A stretch of 64,000 bases of DNA from Bacteriovoracia bacterium. Lineage in GTDB: Bacteria; Bdellovibrionota; UBA1018; CAIPTA01. The stretch is taken from positions 1,312,001 to 1,376,000 of the forward strand of contig JBFWVL010000001.1 in the NCBI GenBank assembly GCA_050246755.1, given 5' to 3'. Shown one piece after another: positions 61,269 through 64,000 of the stretch (within the stretch, counting starts at the first letter, position 1; each line of letters begins with the position of its first letter). Below the pieces are notes generated by a model. That model did not search any database. It was given only the letters and a program-made list of their open reading frames with translations, and was not told where the DNA came from. A program made the translations under genes and the position numbers.

Positions 61269-63476
61269 ATGGAAGGGAATATGTCGAACGAAATGACATT
61301 TCGGCAAAAGACTGTTCGCGTTGTTGCAAGCGCTGCCATTTGCGGGCTTTCCATTTCTTTTTTGGTAGGCGAAGCCGTAGACCAACAAGCCAAACTTTTG
61401 CAGCAGTGGACGATCGACCCCGCAATTTTTCCCGTTGAATATCTTCCTGCTCGCCCACTCGCTAAAACTTGGCAGCAACTAGATTCGCCGGTTTTAAAGA
61501 CGCAGTTCATGGCGCTGAATTCGCGCGTACCGGAAGCGCAAATCGATCCGCGCACTATCCGCAAGGAGTTTGAAGCGTTCGACGTATATAAGGTGACGCG
61601 CGCAGCTCCGATTCCCGTAGTGCCGAAGTTCGCCGTCGTAGCGGAAGAGAAAAAAGCGGCGGCAGCGACTATGCCGCAAGCCTCTGCTGTACCCGCGGAA
61701 AAAGAGCTTAATGTGGGCGAAGTGGGCGGCATTTTACTCTCGATTCACCAGGCCACGGCCAAACTTTCGAGCGCGGGTGTTCAATCTCCCTCGGCGGCGG
61801 TAAAAACGATTGCTACCGCCCCAAAAATTTCTTCTTCTCCTACTTATCTCCCGCCCGAGAAGCAGAGTGCGCCGCTACTCGCGGCTTCGACCGATATCGT
61901 AGTGGAAGCGGACCGGCAGCCGGGGGCCACCTGGCCCCTGCGCGGTAAAATTCTGAACAGCGGAATCTTGAAGGAGCCTGGGCATTTTGAAATCGGTCTT
62001 TATTCTAAGATTGATTCGGAAGGCATACCTTTAGGATTTCCAATGGTTCAGCAAATCTTACCCGCCGGACGGCTTGAATTTCAGCTCCAGGTTCCCGCGA
62101 AAATTCCGACCGGATTTCTATTCGGCGCATTCGTGCCCGCGAAGGGCAAAAAACGAATATGGATTGGCCCTTCCATTAATCCATGGATGAAAAGCGATCG
62201 TCAGTTCGCGGAGTTAATGATTCAGGAAGAAGACACGATTACCACTGCGGCCGCGGCTCCGGTACAGCCTTCACTCTCGGCTACTTCCGCGGAAGATAAG
62301 TGGTCGATACGAGGAAATGTGGGCACGCTTTTTACCAAAGCCGGCACGAGAATAAACCAGGCTGATGTAGTGGTAAAGGTGCGGGGACGTCGAGAAGCCA
62401 CCAGGACAGATACAGGCGGCAATTTTATTTTAGATTTGCCTCGCGGCAACGGCACTGTTTACCTCGAATTGCTGAAGCCCGGTTATCATCCCGCCATCGT
62501 AGCGGTAGCGGCCGGTGATACGAAGACCGTGAGCGTGCTGCTCGCTAGCCGTGAAGCGGTGGATCGCTTGGCTAGTATGATGGGATCCAGGCAACTCAGC
62601 GCGAAGGGTGTTTTCATTGGCAAGGCCGTTACCGCGGAAGGCAAAGGTCTACGCGGATTTACGGCCCAGATGAGTTTGCGTGCGGAAGGCCCCTTCTATT
62701 TTACCGAAGGCGGTTTTCCCACCTCGGAGAAAAAACAAACCACCGGCGATGGCCGTTTTATTTTCTTCAACGTCGAGCCAGGCACCGGCTATATGGAATC
62801 GGCGCTGAATGGGGAAGCGGTGGTACCTTTTCAAATTTCATCTGTGGAGGGAGGGGAGCTCACCCAGAAGACTCTGCTTCCCGTAAGCGGGGGGATCAAA
62901 GGGCGCCTCTTCAATCCTGTTTCGGGAGCTCCCACCCTTCAGCCAGTAGCGGGAGCGAAAATTCGGCTGGAAGGAAGCGCGGACTGGTCCACCACGGATT
63001 CCTTTGGGGCTTTTTCAATCGGCCCAACGAAGTGGATCAAAGGAGAGAAGGCCGCCCTAGAGTTCTCGGCAGAGAAATTTAATAACCACCGTTACGCGAT
63101 CGACTTTGAAAATCATAAAGAAACGCTGAACCTCTATGCGTTTCCGGCCAACTATATTCGCCGCCTGGCGCGCTCCATGGATGTGGATTTGGATCCTTAT
63201 ACCGGTATCGTCTTTGGCAAAGCTTCCGGCCCGGCAATCAGAATGGATGCCCTGGCGGATCATTCTACGGTGAATGGCGCGAAAGATTTCTATTTTGATG
63301 GGCGCGGTCGCCTGCGTGGATCCCATACCATGACCGACCCGAAATATGGGACGTTCGTTATTTTCAATGTACCCAAAGGACGCTCGCTCCTGCAGGGAAG
63401 CGACGGAAACGGAAAGCTTCGCTATTCCGATTCCGTGGTCGCAAGTCCGTCTTCCGTAACCGTAGTAATGGACTAA
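61269..63476 (+). CDS. Large membrane-anchored/secreted protein with repeated beta-sandwich (carboxypeptidase-regulatory-like) domains
   Basis: N-terminal hydrophobic segment, Pro/Ala linker, repeats such as TRTDTGGNF, TTGDGRFIFFNV, TTDSFGAF. Confidence 0.65.
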   Translation: MEGNMSNEMTFRQKTVRVVASAAICGLSISFLVGEAVDQQAKLLQQWTIDPAIFPVEYLPARPLAKTWQQLDSPVLKTQFMALNSRVPEAQIDPRTIRKEFEAFDVYKVTRAAPIPVVPKFAVVAEEKKAAAATMPQASAVPAEKELNVGEVGGILLSIHQATAKLSSAGVQSPSAAVKTIATAPKISSSPTYLPPEKQSAPLLAASTDIVVEADRQPGATWPLRGKILNSGILKEPGHFEIGLYSKIDSEGIPLGFPMVQQILPAGRLEFQLQVPAKIPTGFLFGAFVPAKGKKRIWIGPSINPWMKSDRQFAELMIQEEDTITTAAAAPVQPSLSATSAEDKWSIRGNVGTLFTKAGTRINQADVVVKVRGRREATRTDTGGNFILDLPRGNGTVYLELLKPGYHPAIVAVAAGDTKTVSVLLASREAVDRLASMMGSRQLSAKGVFIGKAVTAEGKGLRGFTAQMSLRAEGPFYFTEGGFPTSEKKQTTGDGRFIFFNVEPGTGYMESALNGEAVVPFQISSVEGGELTQKTLLPVSGGIKGRLFNPVSGAPTLQPVAGAKIRLEGSADWSTTDSFGAFSIGPTKWIKGEKAALEFSAEKFNNHRYAIDFENHKETLNLYAFPANYIRRLARSMDVDLDPYTGIVFGKASGPAIRMDALADHSTVNGAKDFYFDGRGRLRGSHTMTDPKYGTFVIFNVPKGRSLLQGSDGNGKLRYSDSVVASPSSVTVVMD

Positions 63477-64000
63477 GTTTGAAATTCGTAACGGCGTAGG
63501 GTTTCGATCGCTGACATGAAGCCGATCCTTACGATCTTTTCCATGAACTTCGCCGAGAAATTAAAGTGATCGCCGAAAAACATCTCGTGATCTTGAGGGC
63601 GGGGATTGATGTAAATGTAAACGTTGTCGGGGCGTAAATTTAACTCTGCCTCCATGATGGCGCCAATTTTTTTGCGGTGCTTTTCGTCTAATTGCACGCT
63701 TTTACAGTATTCATTTACCGCATCGAGCGCGGCAAGTTTCTGGTGGCGCGCGTAGATGGCCGACTGAATTTTACGTTCGATTAAGAGGTAAATGGCCTGA
63801 ATGCCGATCGCGGTGATGCCAAATTTCGTTAGCGAGCCTACCTCGCGGGAAAAATGATAGGGCTGATGGGTATAGCTAGAAATTATGAGGTCTGCGCCCA
63901 GTTGCTCCGCGCCGTTTACCGAAAGCGTTTCGCGAATTTCACCGTCGAAAAAATAAACTAGTTTTCCGCTTTGGCTTTTAATTCCGTAGGGAGTGAAGAT
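63473..64000 (-). CDS. Patatin-like phospholipase family protein, 3' part (start outside window)
   Basis: Frame open from the window end: IFTPYGI…YFFDGEIRETLS…GADLIISS, a DGG-like patatin motif. Confidence 0.6.
   Translation of the reverse strand: MFTPYGIKSQSGKLVYFFDGEIRETLSVNGAEQLGADLIISSYTHQPYHFSREVGSLTKFGITAIGIQAIYLLIERKIQSAIYARHQKLAALDAVNEYCKSVQLDEKHRKKIGAIMEAELNLRPDNVYIYINPRPQDHEMFFGDHFNFSAKFMEKIVRIGFMSAIETLRRYEFQT

Overview
The window has two parts. Positions 1 to ~29,860 are the right-hand portion of an integrative conjugative element (ICE)/genomic island ending at the 3' end of tRNA-Ser(GCT). It carries a leftward compact type IV secretion (mating-pair) operon led by a chain of micro-ORFs. 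Divergent from that is a sigma54-driven five-gene operon: YcaO enzyme, small secreted precursor-like protein ending in GQPSCVGGL, orphan OppA-like binding protein, sensor kinase and NtrC-type activator. A ~16 kb defence cluster follows (SNF2 helicase-nuclease/DUF1156 methylase/DUF499 ATPase; GHKL-nuclease; PtuAB; two further nucleases). Positions ~29,860 to 64,000 are core chromosome around the replication origin: tRNA-Ser/Arg, PMM/PGM, uvrA, Fo genes atpI/Z/B/E, gyrA/B, recF, dnaN, oriC (DnaA boxes plus DnaA-trios), dnaA, rpmH-rnpA-yidD-yidC-mnmE-mnmG-rsmG, two parS sites, parA/B, bactofilin and atpF'FHAGDC. This gene order resembles Bdellovibrio-like bacteria (inference). The best candidate for an undescribed system is the YcaO cassette. 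It looks like a RiPP-pheromone quorum-sensing circuit on an ICE, with a canonical sigma54 promoter, an array of TTCAA-N5-TTGAA palindromes shared with the divergent transfer operon, and a second canonical sigma54 promoter in front of a defence operon. All family assignments come from motif recognition by eye; no database search was run.
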